The position numbers were made by a program, and so were the translations under genes. Below, piece after piece: positions 45,401 through 54,657 of a stretch of 64,000 nucleotides of DNA (its first letter is position 1; every line of letters begins with the position of its first letter). The DNA comes from Williopsis jadinii (lineage: Eukaryota). The stretch lies in the NCBI GenBank assembly GCA_024346625.1, contig AP024665.1, forward strand, positions 372,001 to 436,000, written 5' to 3'. A model generated the notes under the pieces. The model saw only the letters and a list, made by a program, of their open reading frames with translations. It searched no databases and was not told where the DNA came from.

Positions 45401-48400
45401 CACTTGAAAGGTTATCAATGAGTTGTTCAAGAACGTCAACATTTGTCTGTACCTGATCGACGAAAACAAAATCGTCGGGCAGTTTAGTAAGACTCTTGTG
45501 AAGAATACCCTCTGCGAATGTCAACTTTGCAATACTAGCCTTTAACTCATCATATGATTGTTTTTTATCTTGAACAGTGGTGACTGTGTGAATGAGATCA
45601 GTCACTGATGACAAATTCAGGTCGCAGCCTTCCAGTGACGTTATAGACTTTCTAGTCTCTGTAACTAACAGATGATTGTAACCACCAACAAATCTGCCAA
45701 AGGCCTCTAGCAATTCTTTATTCCAGAGATTGAACTTGGAAAGCACATGTGATCTCGCGTCTGCGAAGTTAATGCGAATTTCTCCAAAAGTTTTAAATGT
45801 ATCAACAGAATCAAAAAAGGTCTTGGATGATCTTAGTTCATCTAGCAAATTAAGCCATTCATCAAGTGAGATATCAGAGACAATCGCCTCGATATTTGCG
45901 TCACGCAAAATCTCAAATTGATACCACTGTGTGACAAACTGGGATGCAGAATATATATCATCATCCAATTGACCAAGCAGTAAATCAACGTGGGCAGTCA
46001 AATCTGGCAAGCAGTCACTAAAGTCTAGACAAGGCAACGTTCCGTTTCTGTCGAGACTGGTTATGTACAGGGCAGTCTGCTGCAAAGTAGATCTCAAACA
46101 GGAATATACCGTGTCAACCATACGGAGCCTATGGTTTTCAAGCGGTGGGACAACATCCAGCGAATCAACAATGTTGATGGAATGTTCAGATGTGAAAGTG
46201 TCTAGTTTGAAAAGCTTAAAGCGATTAACAAGGACTGCAACAAGTCTTTTGTTAAGCAAAAAGACCAATTTCTCTAAATTTTGGAAACCATCATTTGAAA
46301 GACTGTCAATAATACTTTGTAATGAAGACACATGTGAAGAGACCATAGTGGTAGTAAGATCAGACATTGAAATATGTTGAATGCAAGTTTCAATTTCGTC
46401 ATGGTAACGGCTAAGAATCTCGGACTTATTAAAGAGTGAACTAATAGATGATTCAACACTAAGCACGATTTCAAGGTCGTCATCATCATCAGATGCTGCA
46501 TCAATCTCATGGAGATCTTGTGCCTGAGAAAGACCCTCCCACGTTACATTTGAGCAAGCTTGAATCAATGCGTACACCTTTGCTTTATCCTCATCAACCA
46601 AAACTTGGACGTCATTCAGTGATTCAAGTGTCTTTAAAATACTTGGCAACAATTCAAATGACTCCTTTAATATAACAGCATGTGGATAAAGCTTCCTCAG
46701 TCTTTTGGCATTAACCATTACAGGATGAGGGATGGCGAACTTCTGGAGTGCCAATGCTCTGACTTCTTTGTAAAACACCATCAAAGACTGGTCAAAGTTA
46801 ACCGAGATTTCTTCCACATCAGTACCAGAATTTGATAATATAACACCTTCAAGATTGTATTCAGAAGCGGTTTTTATCCAATTTTCAAAAATGTTTTCAA
46901 AATTTAGCTTCTTTTTGAACACCATAGTTTCGGTATAGATTTTTTTACCTTCCGCGTATGAGCTCCAATCCTTACCTAAGACGAGCTCAATCTTGTCAGT
47001 TAGGTAATTCAACTTGTTTTCCATACATTTGGCCCATAAGAGTATATAGGAGATATATGGAAAGTCTCTGCAGGATGCAAGAGCTTCAGGATTGTGTCTA
47101 GATGTGAAGTTTCTTTGAAGGTGGCTAATCTCATCGCTCACTGATTCCAAAAGCTGAGATTGGTATTCTTGAACTGCACCTCTAATCCTTGGTCGATTTA
47201 GAAGGTCTTGGTACTTCTGAAATACCTCAAACATGAGATCACTGTTGGACAACTTTTCAAGCTCTGAGCGAAGCTCATCAGTGATGGTGTACTCAATCAG
47301 TTGAATCTTCTTTTCATAACCTTGTTTAGCAATGTCCCAACTCTTGTCATTGGTAAAAACATTAACATGTTTCATTTTCATATAGGCGTCATCCAGTTCT
47401 GATTCCAAAAGATTTAAATGACCCAAAGAATAGGAGAAATTCTGATGTGCTTTCCTGAATGTGACAACCTCATCTAGCCGATCTTTAAGAAACGTGGTTT
47501 TTGAATTTACCTTAACAAAGATAAATTTCTCCTCCCTTTTCCTGAGCAGTTCACGGGCTAGATTTGTGAATTCTTTTGTGCATCTATCCCATGTCTCAAA
47601 TACCGAATATATTTCCTTGGTCTCGGCAGTAAATGCTTCGTAGTCCAGTTCCATAAGGTGAGATAATAGGGGTTGAAGTTTGTGAACAAGATCCGATGAT
47701 ATTGCTTCTACAAATGGAAGAGCACGCCGAATCGGATAGGACGTACCTCTCAGTTTCTTCAAGTGATTGAAAATCAATATCAGTGCTTCTTGGATCCGAG
47801 AGGGCGACTCAGCTATAACGAGCTCTTGAAGGGGGATATCTTTCATCAGTTTGTTATAATCAGCAGTTGTAGAAATTGCGTCCTTGATTCCAACGTCTGA
47901 CATGAAGCTCACAGTTGCATGGTACCTCTTTGCATATTTCAGCACTTCCAAAGTGAGAAGCACACCAGTGGAATTAAGCTGAGAGTTTATAGAAGCAAGA
48001 GACGACTCCATCGTTAGCCAAAAATTTGCCTCGTCTAATGCAGAGCCATCAGAAACATCTCTCTCCATCCGAGTTACAGCTTGGATAGATTTCACCCAGT
48101 CATTAACGATTGCTTGTATACTATTCAGGAAAGATGAATCTGTCAGGACTGCCTCTGGTATGAATTCGGTATAGTTATCAACACTTGCACCATTAGCCAC
48201 AGCCTCCTTTATAATCGGGTGCATAGTAAGATTCAGGTCCAAGACACCGACCATATGATTCAAGCTCTGGAAAGATAGTGCCAGTTCGTTTATCTTCTTC
48301 TTGGTGGTGGCTACCATATCTGTGGTGTTATTCAAAGTCACACCGGTAAAAAACGACCCCACACCAACGCTAATGAGAGAGTTCAGTGTTTCAAAAGATG

Positions 48401-48740
48401 AGCCTGTGGATGGCAGATTGAGCACCTGTACTTGACTCTGAAGTGGTTTTGATTCCACAATAGCACCCTTTTCCTTAACCACCACCAATGTGGAGACTGG
48501 CCTACCGTGGACAGCTTCCAAAGTGGCACCAACGCACCATGAGCCATCGTCTAACTTGGAAATGAACAGAGAAGCCGCTAATGATTGATTCACAAATTCA
48601 GTAACCGTTTCTGTCACGTCTTCCGTATGAAAATTGCCGATATCTTCGCTCTGAGCACCCTGCAACGCTTTGCAGAGGTTGAAGAGATAGCTAACAAACG
48701 ACGTGGTTGGTATAACCTTTGATGGCGGCGTTTCCTCCAT
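36477..48740 (-). CDS. DYN1: Cytoplasmic dynein heavy chain (4087 aa)
   Basis: Four P-loops (GPAGTGKT, GEAGCGKT, GPPGSGKT, GPSSSGKT), CFDEFNRL, HYDFGLRALK, stalk region. Confidence 0.99.
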   Translation of the reverse strand: MEETPPSKVIPTTSFVSYLFNLCKALQGAQSEDIGNFHTEDVTETVTEFVNQSLAASLFISKLDDGSWCVGATLEAVHGRPVSTLVVVKEKGAIVESKPLQSQVQVLNLPSTGSSFETLNSLISVGVGSFFTGVTLNNTTDMVATTKKKINELALSFQSLNHMVGVLDLNLTMHPIIKEAVANGASVDNYTEFIPEAVLTDSSFLNSIQAIVNDWVKSIQAVTRMERDVSDGSALDEANFWLTMESSLASINSQLNSTGVLLTLEVLKYAKRYHATVSFMSDVGIKDAISTTADYNKLMKDIPLQELVIAESPSRIQEALILIFNHLKKLRGTSYPIRRALPFVEAISSDLVHKLQPLLSHLMELDYEAFTAETKEIYSVFETWDRCTKEFTNLARELLRKREEKFIFVKVNSKTTFLKDRLDEVVTFRKAHQNFSYSLGHLNLLESELDDAYMKMKHVNVFTNDKSWDIAKQGYEKKIQLIEYTITDELRSELEKLSNSDLMFEVFQKYQDLLNRPRIRGAVQEYQSQLLESVSDEISHLQRNFTSRHNPEALASCRDFPYISYILLWAKCMENKLNYLTDKIELVLGKDWSSYAEGKKIYTETMVFKKKLNFENIFENWIKTASEYNLEGVILSNSGTDVEEISVNFDQSLMVFYKEVRALALQKFAIPHPVMVNAKRLRKLYPHAVILKESFELLPSILKTLESLNDVQVLVDEDKAKVYALIQACSNVTWEGLSQAQDLHEIDAASDDDDDLEIVLSVESSISSLFNKSEILSRYHDEIETCIQHISMSDLTTTMVSSHVSSLQSIIDSLSNDGFQNLEKLVFLLNKRLVAVLVNRFKLFKLDTFTSEHSINIVDSLDVVPPLENHRLRMVDTVYSCLRSTLQQTALYITSLDRNGTLPCLDFSDCLPDLTAHVDLLLGQLDDDIYSASQFVTQWYQFEILRDANIEAIVSDISLDEWLNLLDELRSSKTFFDSVDTFKTFGEIRINFADARSHVLSKFNLWNKELLEAFGRFVGGYNHLLVTETRKSITSLEGCDLNLSSVTDLIHTVTTVQDKKQSYDELKASIAKLTFAEGILHKSLTKLPDDFVFVDQVQTNVDVLEQLIDNLSSALISNSGAINKAIENECGRLQKTIMETNDSWLKIKPSDDVESPEVALNQLDMIEKSLIALDSKRSKLVEACNLLGLPVIITHDLSGVLEELADLKSVWGSLRSLWSSLSDLKNMAWSSLKPRSLKKLLDDLLTSAKSMPVRIRQHKPFQKFLSTITELLHSQKILISLKEDFVKERHIKSIFKQLGVPPPLELTLGDIWSLNLTLHESVVKSTIDLANSERAIEEELQKIKDVWEAQTFDYFEKKGHSLIKNFPVLLQLSSEHISSLTSMRNSPVFKTFENDILHWETTLNTFYQIVDIWILVQRQWIDLEGVFDIESGIRKLLPLEYNRFHAVSSEYQIVLKKIHRAPLAIDTSSMEDILGTFERLSEALVRVSKALSDFLEKQRELCARLYFVGNDDLIDMIANKQNVGNHLKKMFAGVSNITYNESGDIIEAVTASNGEVLNLQDPISLHQYPRLDEWLNRLELEIKLTLSALLNKSLSYFNPEEVMSWYSSYPVQIMILTLQVWWSRNVELAISNDSLPSVHKVLIELLNTITQECEPSTKKASLIIELVHQKDVVEALLETKHLTAKSFQWLKQQRFYFDSSSDPLRSLCVVQNSKSIIYGFEYLGEIDKLVYTPLLNNCFISMTSAVDQGLGGALFGPAGTGKTESIKCLGHNLGKMVFVFNCDESFDFQAISRLLSGICQIGGFGCFDEFNRLEKNILSAVSSQLQNIELSIKGGSKTVNLLNKETTLAEGTGIFVTMNPEYSGRTELPDNLKKLFRQFSVQRPDSEIISSVLLRARGFVDADKVAASVVQLFRELSQNSSQQKHYDFGLRALKSCLEHCATIKTLTADASIINIVVKAMNEMILPRLVPEDVEVYESIKSKIFEDFNDLLIDDDFKNAVKSVATSQNLFCNDQWLKKSLQLYKIQQSKQGVILVGEAGCGKTVLWKTLLKALSLKSHYTHYCIDPKVVNKTELFGWLDPITREWTDGIFTSIIRKLNDNLRGQEQTNCWIVFDGDIDPIWVETLNSVLDDNKVLTLPNGERLPIPPEVRFLFEVSNLEHATPATISRCGMVWMESGLVSTDGVVNYELCNFLSKPIEKLNIMGHEIDEFLNSYASYLRTSLVNLEDILNFCLTEIPGVMWTSKLMMVHSLFIFIRSLIYQVISEEIDPPVLTTEYFKRSLILALTWALVGNASSTYKMKFINWLASSQEFKFDFPTETDKNVLDYELNIDGSWESLISKVVEEPLDANAISNPNTVIETVDTLRHRHIVYSVLQQKMSLILCGPPGSGKTMTLYSALREAPDIDLCNMNFSKDTTPTSVLRSLEQFCEYKQTPEGIIFRPKIRGKSVVLFADEINLPRKDDYGTQPVISFLRSLVEKNGFWRTKHMQWVRLVDIQFVGACNPPTDIGRVELSPRFLWHLPVIMVDHPGPISLVQIYTTFNTSILKIVPQLSGYSKDLTGAMLAVYNRTISHMGFKRSHYIYSPRELTRWIRGIYSALRPNENIQLADLVRLWAHEGLRLFSDRLVEEDEKSWTWKLLHDVAAEFFPMSDLNETLKRPILYSDWLSLTYDPVSPIDITNFIRERLNVFSDEVLDTELILYTNAVDHILRIDRVLKQPQGHLILVGPSSSGKTTLTKFVAWINGLKIHQLSVRRNYTLSDFDNTLKVLLKKAGIQAEKICLIVDESTILESSFLERMNSLLANSQIQEIFEQDEYTMLLNACREQINSRGLLLDTDDEVYSWFTEQISANLHVVFTISEPDNARASSIIASPALFNRCVLNWMGQWSEESIIDVIKELLRTVAIDNSTYEKPLNYNANSLVRVDTYRDAVLDCILYIHKQSSTKSPGKLIELVKNFVKIYDTKGTDLSSHQAHINSGLVKLKETMIRVKSLKDDLTQKEKSLLSKEAEARATLDKILSEQNEAERKQEASIEIQAILEKQDAYIEERRKIVMEDLALAEPAVLEARRGVQNIKKQHLTELRSMSTPPAMVQLVLESVCVLLGYQVQTWRDVQSVIRKDDFIASIVTFDCERQVSEDVRQFMSEQYLSRPDYNYAAAERASKACGPLLQWVEAQIKYAVVLGKIGPLRQEVELLEQESNKTEARLMAADDMIRELSESINKYKVDYSVLIRETENIKANMTSVELSMKRSVELVESLSSERERWVKSIKDFDIKYLNLCGSALLAAACVTHSGALDQKSRLSFVKSCKEYLSCAGVTFDKDFKLTSFLNTPSNLLHWQENGLPNDDIFMENITILETTSKTPFIIDPYGNILECLSSKMAPKKMTTTSFLDDGFTRTLENSLRFGGCLVIQDAEYFDPIIAPLLNGDFHKVGGRTIVTFGDKDIDCSKTFELFLHTRNTTIKPVPFVSTRTSIIDFTITDSSLISRSLNMTLSSEAPEVEEKRVEIIKLEGEYKVRLKELEESLLTSLSESKDDLLSNTSLIETLETLKKEAFVIETKIQETDEVMEKVNDIAVQYDMFVRNVVLVYGILCQLTSLDQFYQISLSSFISCIGKVLAVPRGSSQKTRTLQLVDELYRETFSCVSVSLKNKDILVFGLSLSLLYLSETDGVLFARFSAKLLIGVTSVDHDVIREAFDLLSIKVDQSTVDDLFERAQMSDIDASLEELKPFIRILFSKDESFEDAIAALSSNMHNGGSPFTSKYTFGDIVYSNSGKPIIMGSTSGFDASSKVRALATESGKNLKIISMGSKESAELATRELVSYCKTGTWLLIQNVQTSQHWLQYLEKRLENLVLSDDFRLFLTCDCDSDMPSTLLRSSQILVFENPPGVKTVMKEYFALFSARDGLSVPQEKSYVFFLLSWYHTLIQEASRFVPATLSKNYHFDDSDFEGALFVIDRWFETVYPGRTSVSPEKIDWLAIQTLVTDIIYGGKVTSTTDLHYLKCLGEKLLTMGAFEDSFNMIENDITSPSGLRLLQPQEKSLESYEDWINNLPDLEPPSWLGLERVVEIEMTKKKNIATISQASELFESVIT

Positions 48741-48849
48741 TCTTCGCGTAATGTGTTAGCACGTCAGATCAGAAGATTTCCAGTCATTCAGGTTCACTTA
48801 CATTAACGACAATCCAGAAAGCAACCCAATGGTCTAATACACAAGGGAT

Positions 48850-49033
48850 CAAACGCGGGTTTTTATTGCTGTTATTCTTGCTCTGGTTATTGCTGATATT
48901 GTTTACGCGTTAAATGCTCTAACAAAAATAACGACAGAGCTTTCTTTGTTTACATTTTACTATTCAACCGTAATGCCTTTTGGCAGTGCGGCGCATAACA
49001 AAACTGAAGCCGATGAGCTCTTGAAAAATTTTT
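48850..49033. promoter_or_regulatory. DYN1/BFR2 divergent promoter: MCB and forkhead-like sites, PAC and RRPE
   Basis: ACGCGT at 48905-48910 overlapping TGTTTAC, second TGTTTAC at about 48947, CGATGAG at 49011-49017, TGAAAAATTTT at 49022-49032. Confidence 0.7.
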
Positions 49034-49117
49034 GATTCATAAAGTAGCTCTACAATCTTATAAAGAGAGAGATTTGCGAAAGGCATTGTCGAGGCATACA
49101 GTAAACGATCAAAGGCA

Positions 49118-50620
49118 ATGGCTAAGAAGACATTGGCTCAGCAGATTGAGGAACTTTCAAAGCCAGAAATTCCAGACTTTGATATTGAAGATTCTGAAAG
49201 AGGCGTCTTCGACCATCATTCGGGTTCAGACTCTGAAGATAATGATGGAGCAGATGACGATGCCCTTAGAAGCGAGCACTACGTGAATGTTGGTAAGAGC
49301 AAACTGAGACAGAATGGCATTCACTTGGTTGACTCCAAATATAAAGGAAAAACCAGCTCTAGAAAGGACATTTTTGAGGAATCCGAGGTAGAAGACAATA
49401 CTTCTGATGGAGGAGAGGAGGAAGAAGAAGATGATGATGGTGATGACGATGAAGTATCCGAGGAGTCAGAATTATTGAACCAGTCTGATTCAGAAAATGG
49501 TGGTAATGAATCAGTTGAAGGTTCCGATGACGGATCTGATGAAGACGTCGAGCAGGAGTCTGAGGACAGCTTTGATGAGTCGGACCATGAAGAAAGCACA
49601 GCTGATTCCAAGAGATTGAAATTGAAAGAAATGATGGCCAATGAACGCAAACAGATCATTAACAGACTATCATCTTCTAATCAAACGGAAGCACTGAAAG
49701 GTTATGCTGTTATCTCTCAACAAAAAACATTTGATAAAATCATCGATTCAAGAATCAAGATACAGAAGGCTTTGTCCAATGCAAACTCACTGCCTCTAAC
49801 GAACGAAGCTTTCGAGGAATTTGCTGATGAAGAAACATCATCTCTTGTTGAAGATGCTGAAAACTCTCTCTCTTCACTTCTGAATACACTGCTGTCTTTC
49901 AGAGCTGCAAACTATAACAAAGTGAAAGCTACAAAGGAAAATGTCAGTTTCAAACCAAAGAAGAGATCATTCAGTGATTTTGTTTCGGAGACAGAAAGAC
50001 TCGATAAAGTACTCGAGATATATAGAAACAATACGCTTGTCAAATGGTCTCATAAAGTTCAGTCTGCATCAGGTGCTCAGGCCCTCAATACATCAAAGTT
50101 CAAAGCACTCAATCAAAGTGCTGCACAACAGGTGGAAGTGAACCTCGTCGATATGGATAGGCTGATAAAGAGGACCAGATTAAACAGACGTAATGTGACC
50201 CCACTTGGTCGCATTGCTGAAGAAGCGGAAGAAGATCAAACACAGATAGATAGATCACTTAAGGAAGATGCCGACGTGTTCGATGACGAGGATTTCTATA
50301 GGGTTTTGCTTAACGACCTGGTTGATAAGAAGATCTCAGAATCAAATCCTACTTCTGGTCTCGTTATAACAAAGACTAAAGTGAAAAGAAACGTGGATAC
50401 GAAGGCCTCAAAGGGAAGAAAGCTCAAATTTACCGTACAAGAGCCTATTCAAAACTACGAAGTTCCAAAGGGAAACTTTGCTTGGGATAACAACCAGATT
50501 GATGAATTCTTTGCAGGTTTGTTAGGGCAACGAGTAGATTTTGCTGAACACAGTGACCAGAGCGAGTCTGAAGACGAAGATGAAGAGTTGAAGAATGATG
50601 ACTTGAAAGTGTTTGGCTAA
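49118..50620 (+). CDS. BFR2: SSU processome factor Bfr2 (AATF/TRAUB family)
   Basis: EHYVNVGKSKLR, SRIKIQKAL, FDDEDFYRVLLNDLVD, VDTKASKGRKL, DEFFAGLLG. Confidence 0.96.
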   Translation: MAKKTLAQQIEELSKPEIPDFDIEDSERGVFDHHSGSDSEDNDGADDDALRSEHYVNVGKSKLRQNGIHLVDSKYKGKTSSRKDIFEESEVEDNTSDGGEEEEEDDDGDDDEVSEESELLNQSDSENGGNESVEGSDDGSDEDVEQESEDSFDESDHEESTADSKRLKLKEMMANERKQIINRLSSSNQTEALKGYAVISQQKTFDKIIDSRIKIQKALSNANSLPLTNEAFEEFADEETSSLVEDAENSLSSLLNTLLSFRAANYNKVKATKENVSFKPKKRSFSDFVSETERLDKVLEIYRNNTLVKWSHKVQSASGAQALNTSKFKALNQSAAQQVEVNLVDMDRLIKRTRLNRRNVTPLGRIAEEAEEDQTQIDRSLKEDADVFDDEDFYRVLLNDLVDKKISESNPTSGLVITKTKVKRNVDTKASKGRKLKFTVQEPIQNYEVPKGNFAWDNNQIDEFFAGLLGQRVDFAEHSDQSESEDEDEELKNDDLKVFG

Positions 50621-50687
50621 AGTTTTTAAATTCAATAGGTTGATATTAATGAAGGTGTTTATTAGGTAATGTGCACATCTATAACCT

Positions 50688-52319
50688 TTATTCTTCTTCA
50701 AAAGATCTGAGAGAACTACATGCTGTACTGCTATCATCCTCGATGATGAGTTCTTCTTCCTCCTGTGTATCCTGTGCTGCCCTAATGATTTGCGACCATT
50801 TACTGTGCACAACCATCAACACTTCACCAATGGCAAGAACTGTGATACCAACACCAAGACCTATCCACAATCCACTGATTTCAAATCCATACCTAAAAGC
50901 CAAGATATAAGAAAGTGGTAATGCGATAACGTAGTATGATATGACGTTGAGTATAGATCCACCCTTTTGTCTTCCTTGAGCCCTTAGAACAGCAGCAGCT
51001 ATGATATTAAACGTATCTGTAAGTTGATTCACAGCCAAAATAGGCATATTTTGAATAGATTTTTCAATCACTTCTTCATCACTGCTGAATAGTCTTGTTA
51101 GAGGTCCTCTGAATATTATAATCACCATGCAAGTGAAGAGCCCAACAGCAGCAGCAACAAAGAACGAGATTCTAACTGAAACTTTCGAGGAGCTCATGGA
51201 CCCTGATCCAATGTATATGGCAACACGTGTGGATATCGCACATCCAACTGCAAATGGCAATTGATAAGTAAGAGATCCCACATTAGAAATAATACTCTGT
51301 GCTGCTAAAGATTCCGTACCAAAGTAAGATGCCATAACTGTAAGAATTTCAAAAGAAAGGTATTCCGATTCTATCATCACAAACCCTGGGACAGCCAGAT
51401 GCAGCATACGCTTCCAATGTTTGAAAGCACGAATCGTGAAACCATTCCAACAAGCCATTCCATCCACGAAGATGATGTAGAGAATCAGAAAAGAGGCCAT
51501 AAACCAATACGTCACAATCACTGCAATTGGGGCACCAATGAACCCAATGTTGTTAATGAGGAAGTAATTGAGGAATAAGTTCATTGGTAGGCAGAAGAAC
51601 AAAACGTAAGTAGAAGCATGGAAAATCTCCTGTGCTTGGAGATATCTCTTTGTAGTTTCAAATATGATGAGGCCAGGAGCTCCAGCGCAGAGAATTCTCA
51701 TGTAATCCTGAGTATACTGGAGGAGTTCCCTTTCTGGAACTATAAAAGAAAGTAAATATCCTGAATGCCACCAGCACAATAATACTGGTATGGATAGCGT
51801 CATAATCATTACTGTGCATCTCTGAGCGTATATTCCAACTTTGAAGAACTTTTTGGCACCATACGCCTGAGAGCAGAAGGTATCCAAGCAGCTCGACATT
51901 CCTTCAAACATTGCCATACCTGTGATATTGAAAGTCATCACCGCGAGGGATGCTGAAGCAAGTTCAGCTGAGCCCAGATGCCCAATAAAGAATAGCGAGT
52001 TCATGGCTAGCAGATATTCGAAGAAAAACGTCACTGAAAGTGGTAATGATGCCTTTGCAATTTCTTGCACTTCCGTTGTAACTGAGACTTCTGGCTCTTC
52101 CCATGTGGTGTCGACAGAGGCATCGTATCCTTCTAAATCTAATCGATCCTCATCGTCTACATTGTCTTCATCGGTTATTGCTGACAAGAAGGGACGTCTC
52201 ACTTTCTTCTTTGACCTTATAGATCCATAGTATCCTCCATTGTCAGGCAACAGTGGTTGATTTATGGCACTGAACTTGATAGAAGATGACGAGCTTCGGC
52301 GCGCGGTACTTGCTCTCAT
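50688..52319 (-). CDS. MATE-family transporter (ERC1-like)
   Basis: GHLGSAELASASLA, LDTFCSQAYGAK, LRAQGRQK and multiple TM segments. ERC1 orthology is suggested only by neighbourhood. Confidence 0.88.
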   Translation of the reverse strand: MRASTARRSSSSSIKFSAINQPLLPDNGGYYGSIRSKKKVRRPFLSAITDEDNVDDEDRLDLEGYDASVDTTWEEPEVSVTTEVQEIAKASLPLSVTFFFEYLLAMNSLFFIGHLGSAELASASLAVMTFNITGMAMFEGMSSCLDTFCSQAYGAKKFFKVGIYAQRCTVMIMTLSIPVLLCWWHSGYLLSFIVPERELLQYTQDYMRILCAGAPGLIIFETTKRYLQAQEIFHASTYVLFFCLPMNLFLNYFLINNIGFIGAPIAVIVTYWFMASFLILYIIFVDGMACWNGFTIRAFKHWKRMLHLAVPGFVMIESEYLSFEILTVMASYFGTESLAAQSIISNVGSLTYQLPFAVGCAISTRVAIYIGSGSMSSSKVSVRISFFVAAAVGLFTCMVIIIFRGPLTRLFSSDEEVIEKSIQNMPILAVNQLTDTFNIIAAAVLRAQGRQKGGSILNVISYYVIALPLSYILAFRYGFEISGLWIGLGVGITVLAIGEVLMVVHSKWSQIIRAAQDTQEEEELIIEDDSSTACSSLRSFEEE

Positions 52320-52562
52320 AATAAGGTACCCTTTCTATCACTCCCAAGCCCTTTGAAGATGAGCTCAACCCCCTTGTAAACAGATTCGGTAATCTAAGCA
52401 GTACTGCATCAACCGATCAACATATTTTTTGAGGTGTATGGGTTTTTAGTCGATAACAGAGGATTACGTAATCAGACCCTTAGCTTGAATCCGATAAGCA
52501 CTAACGAACTCTTCATCATGAGATGTTAATCAATGCAGATTGTTCTGTTGTTATTATTGTAC

Positions 52563-54533
52563 CTATTTACGGTTACGGCCTCTGATCTTCTGCTTCTTAG
52601 TTTCTGGAGTGTGTGATGATAGCTGGAGGTTATCTTTTCTCTTCTTACTCTCAGCCTTATCTGTAGTTTCTTCCGTGACTGGGGCCTTTGGTGGGAACTT
52701 TTCAAACTCTTCTTCCTTTATGGCAAAATTCCAATCGTGTCTCTTTCTCATGTAGAGTTCCATCTTCCAGTTCTTCCAGACAAGACGACCATATATACTC
52801 TCTTTCACTTTCTCCTTTTGATCCACGAGTTCTTTGGCGATTCTCTCCTTGTACATGTTCAGTTTCAATGTGAAACTCCAAAGTCTATCCACAATGTGAG
52901 ATGCATAAGAGTTACACGCCATGTTGACAATCTCTCCCTGGAACTGGTTCAATAGGCGACGTCTGTATATAATATCTAGTTCGGGTTTGAGAACGTTTTC
53001 GACAACATGGGAGAACACACCGTGAAAGCACATTTGGATCAATCTCTCCTTTGGCAATGACAGGAGATTGTCAACAGTCAGTTTCAGGAATCGTGGATCG
53101 AAGTCGATGAGCTTCTCCAAGAACAGTGATCTTCTTCTCTCCTCTGCTGTTGGCCAATCATCACGTGTGTTTCCCAAAGTTGAACCACTTAATTGAAGAA
53201 CAGACTCCAATATGTCACTTTCATTCTCCTTCGGTGTGTACTTCTTTGCCAATTCTTCAATGATTTGTGCTCTTTTGTAGTCATGATGAAGCGCAGAAGC
53301 ATCAATTATGGACTGCCCCATCTCTAAGTTTGAGTTCATCAACATACTCATCTCAGGGATCAGTTCATTGAGCATTTGTCTGGCTTCGTTCTGTTTCAAC
53401 TTCTTCAAAAGTGATTGGATAACGTAACTTCCTGTGGTGTCTCTCTTGGCCAACTTCAAGACCCTATTGGAGATGTAGAGCTTGTACAACCTTTCAACAT
53501 ATTTTACTCTTTGGTTCTTAATGGCATTTTCGAAGAAATGTGAACCAACGGCATCGGAAAGAACGTACTCCATGAACCCCTCTTCTTGTGGATCCTTCTC
53601 TTCGTTGTCCTTCAAGAATACCAAGTGCCAAAAAGGTCTATCTCTGTCCACCAAACCTTCAACTTGAATTAACAATTGCAGCACCGGTGAGGCAATCTTA
53701 TGGATCGCAAATTCCCTTGCAGCTCTTCTATCCATCGAAGCCTTCAAAGTATCAATCAAATGTTTCAGCTCACTTTTGAACGATGAAGGTATTTGGAATG
53801 ATCTGTTAAAATCCTCGTTATCGACAATCACAATCATTTTTCTTGCAATCTTACTCTTTTTAGAACGGAGTGTTGAGTTAGCCATTGTTGTTGAAGGCAA
53901 CTCACTACCAGCAAGGATCAAGATTATCAGTCTCAAGGTGTGAGAGGCGTACTGATGTACAATCATTTCCTTCACAAATGGTCTAACTTCACTTAGGAAG
54001 AACAGAAAGAGATTTTCCATGGAGATGTAGTCATCACCCATATCTGCCTGTGGGAATGGGTTTAGAAGTTCCTTCTCCACCAAGGCAGCAGTACGAACAA
54101 GCAATGTCTCAACACAGTGTGATGAGTACTTCTGGTGGATCAGAGACACAAAATGACCATCAAATGCCTTAAATATCTGCTTCAATTGCTCATCAGTGGC
54201 ATTCAAAATGAGTCTCTCCATCAACTTGGAGCAAATCTGATTAGTGACAAGCTTCAGCTCCTTACCTTTCGCTTCCTCCAACACACTCGTGACGAAACCA
54301 GCCCTATCGTCATCATTCTCAAACGCATTGGCATTCAGAGTAGATTCAGCCTGCTTGAAATAGTCCAGCTCTGAAGAGTCTACCAAACCAAAGAACGTGT
54401 TTGGCTCACTATGAGATGCGTTTTCGCCAGCGGCTTGTTGAACTGGTTCATCAAAGACCTTCAACTCGGGCTCAAAACCGCCCTCGTGCTTGTCCTGGCT
54501 CTTCTGAGCTCTTCTGCCTCTCACTTTTCCCAT
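52563..54533 (-). CDS. NOP9: Pumilio-like 18S rRNA processing factor Nop9
   Basis: FFGLVDSSELDYFKQAE, GKELKLVTNQICSKLMERL, SSHCVETL, ESIYGRLVWKNW. Confidence 0.96.
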   Translation of the reverse strand: MGKVRGRRAQKSQDKHEGGFEPELKVFDEPVQQAAGENASHSEPNTFFGLVDSSELDYFKQAESTLNANAFENDDDRAGFVTSVLEEAKGKELKLVTNQICSKLMERLILNATDEQLKQIFKAFDGHFVSLIHQKYSSHCVETLLVRTAALVEKELLNPFPQADMGDDYISMENLFLFFLSEVRPFVKEMIVHQYASHTLRLIILILAGSELPSTTMANSTLRSKKSKIARKMIVIVDNEDFNRSFQIPSSFKSELKHLIDTLKASMDRRAAREFAIHKIASPVLQLLIQVEGLVDRDRPFWHLVFLKDNEEKDPQEEGFMEYVLSDAVGSHFFENAIKNQRVKYVERLYKLYISNRVLKLAKRDTTGSYVIQSLLKKLKQNEARQMLNELIPEMSMLMNSNLEMGQSIIDASALHHDYKRAQIIEELAKKYTPKENESDILESVLQLSGSTLGNTRDDWPTAEERRRSLFLEKLIDFDPRFLKLTVDNLLSLPKERLIQMCFHGVFSHVVENVLKPELDIIYRRRLLNQFQGEIVNMACNSYASHIVDRLWSFTLKLNMYKERIAKELVDQKEKVKESIYGRLVWKNWKMELYMRKRHDWNFAIKEEEFEKFPPKAPVTEETTDKAESKKRKDNLQLSSHTPETKKQKIRGRNRK

Positions 54534-54616
54534 TGGATAACAATGAGCTCTCTAATACCAGTGGTATATATATAAAAAAGAGAAAAGACAGCTAAAGTGT
54601 ATGCAAATAAGAGAAA

Positions 54617-54657
54617 AGAAAAAAAAATTTCAGAGGTGCAGGGCATCACCTGTTACG
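54617..54657. promoter_or_regulatory. RRPE and Abf1-consensus site upstream of NOP9
   Basis: AAAAAAATTTCA at about 54621-54632; ATCACCTGTTACG at 54645-54657 matches RTCRYNNNNNACG. Confidence 0.6.
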
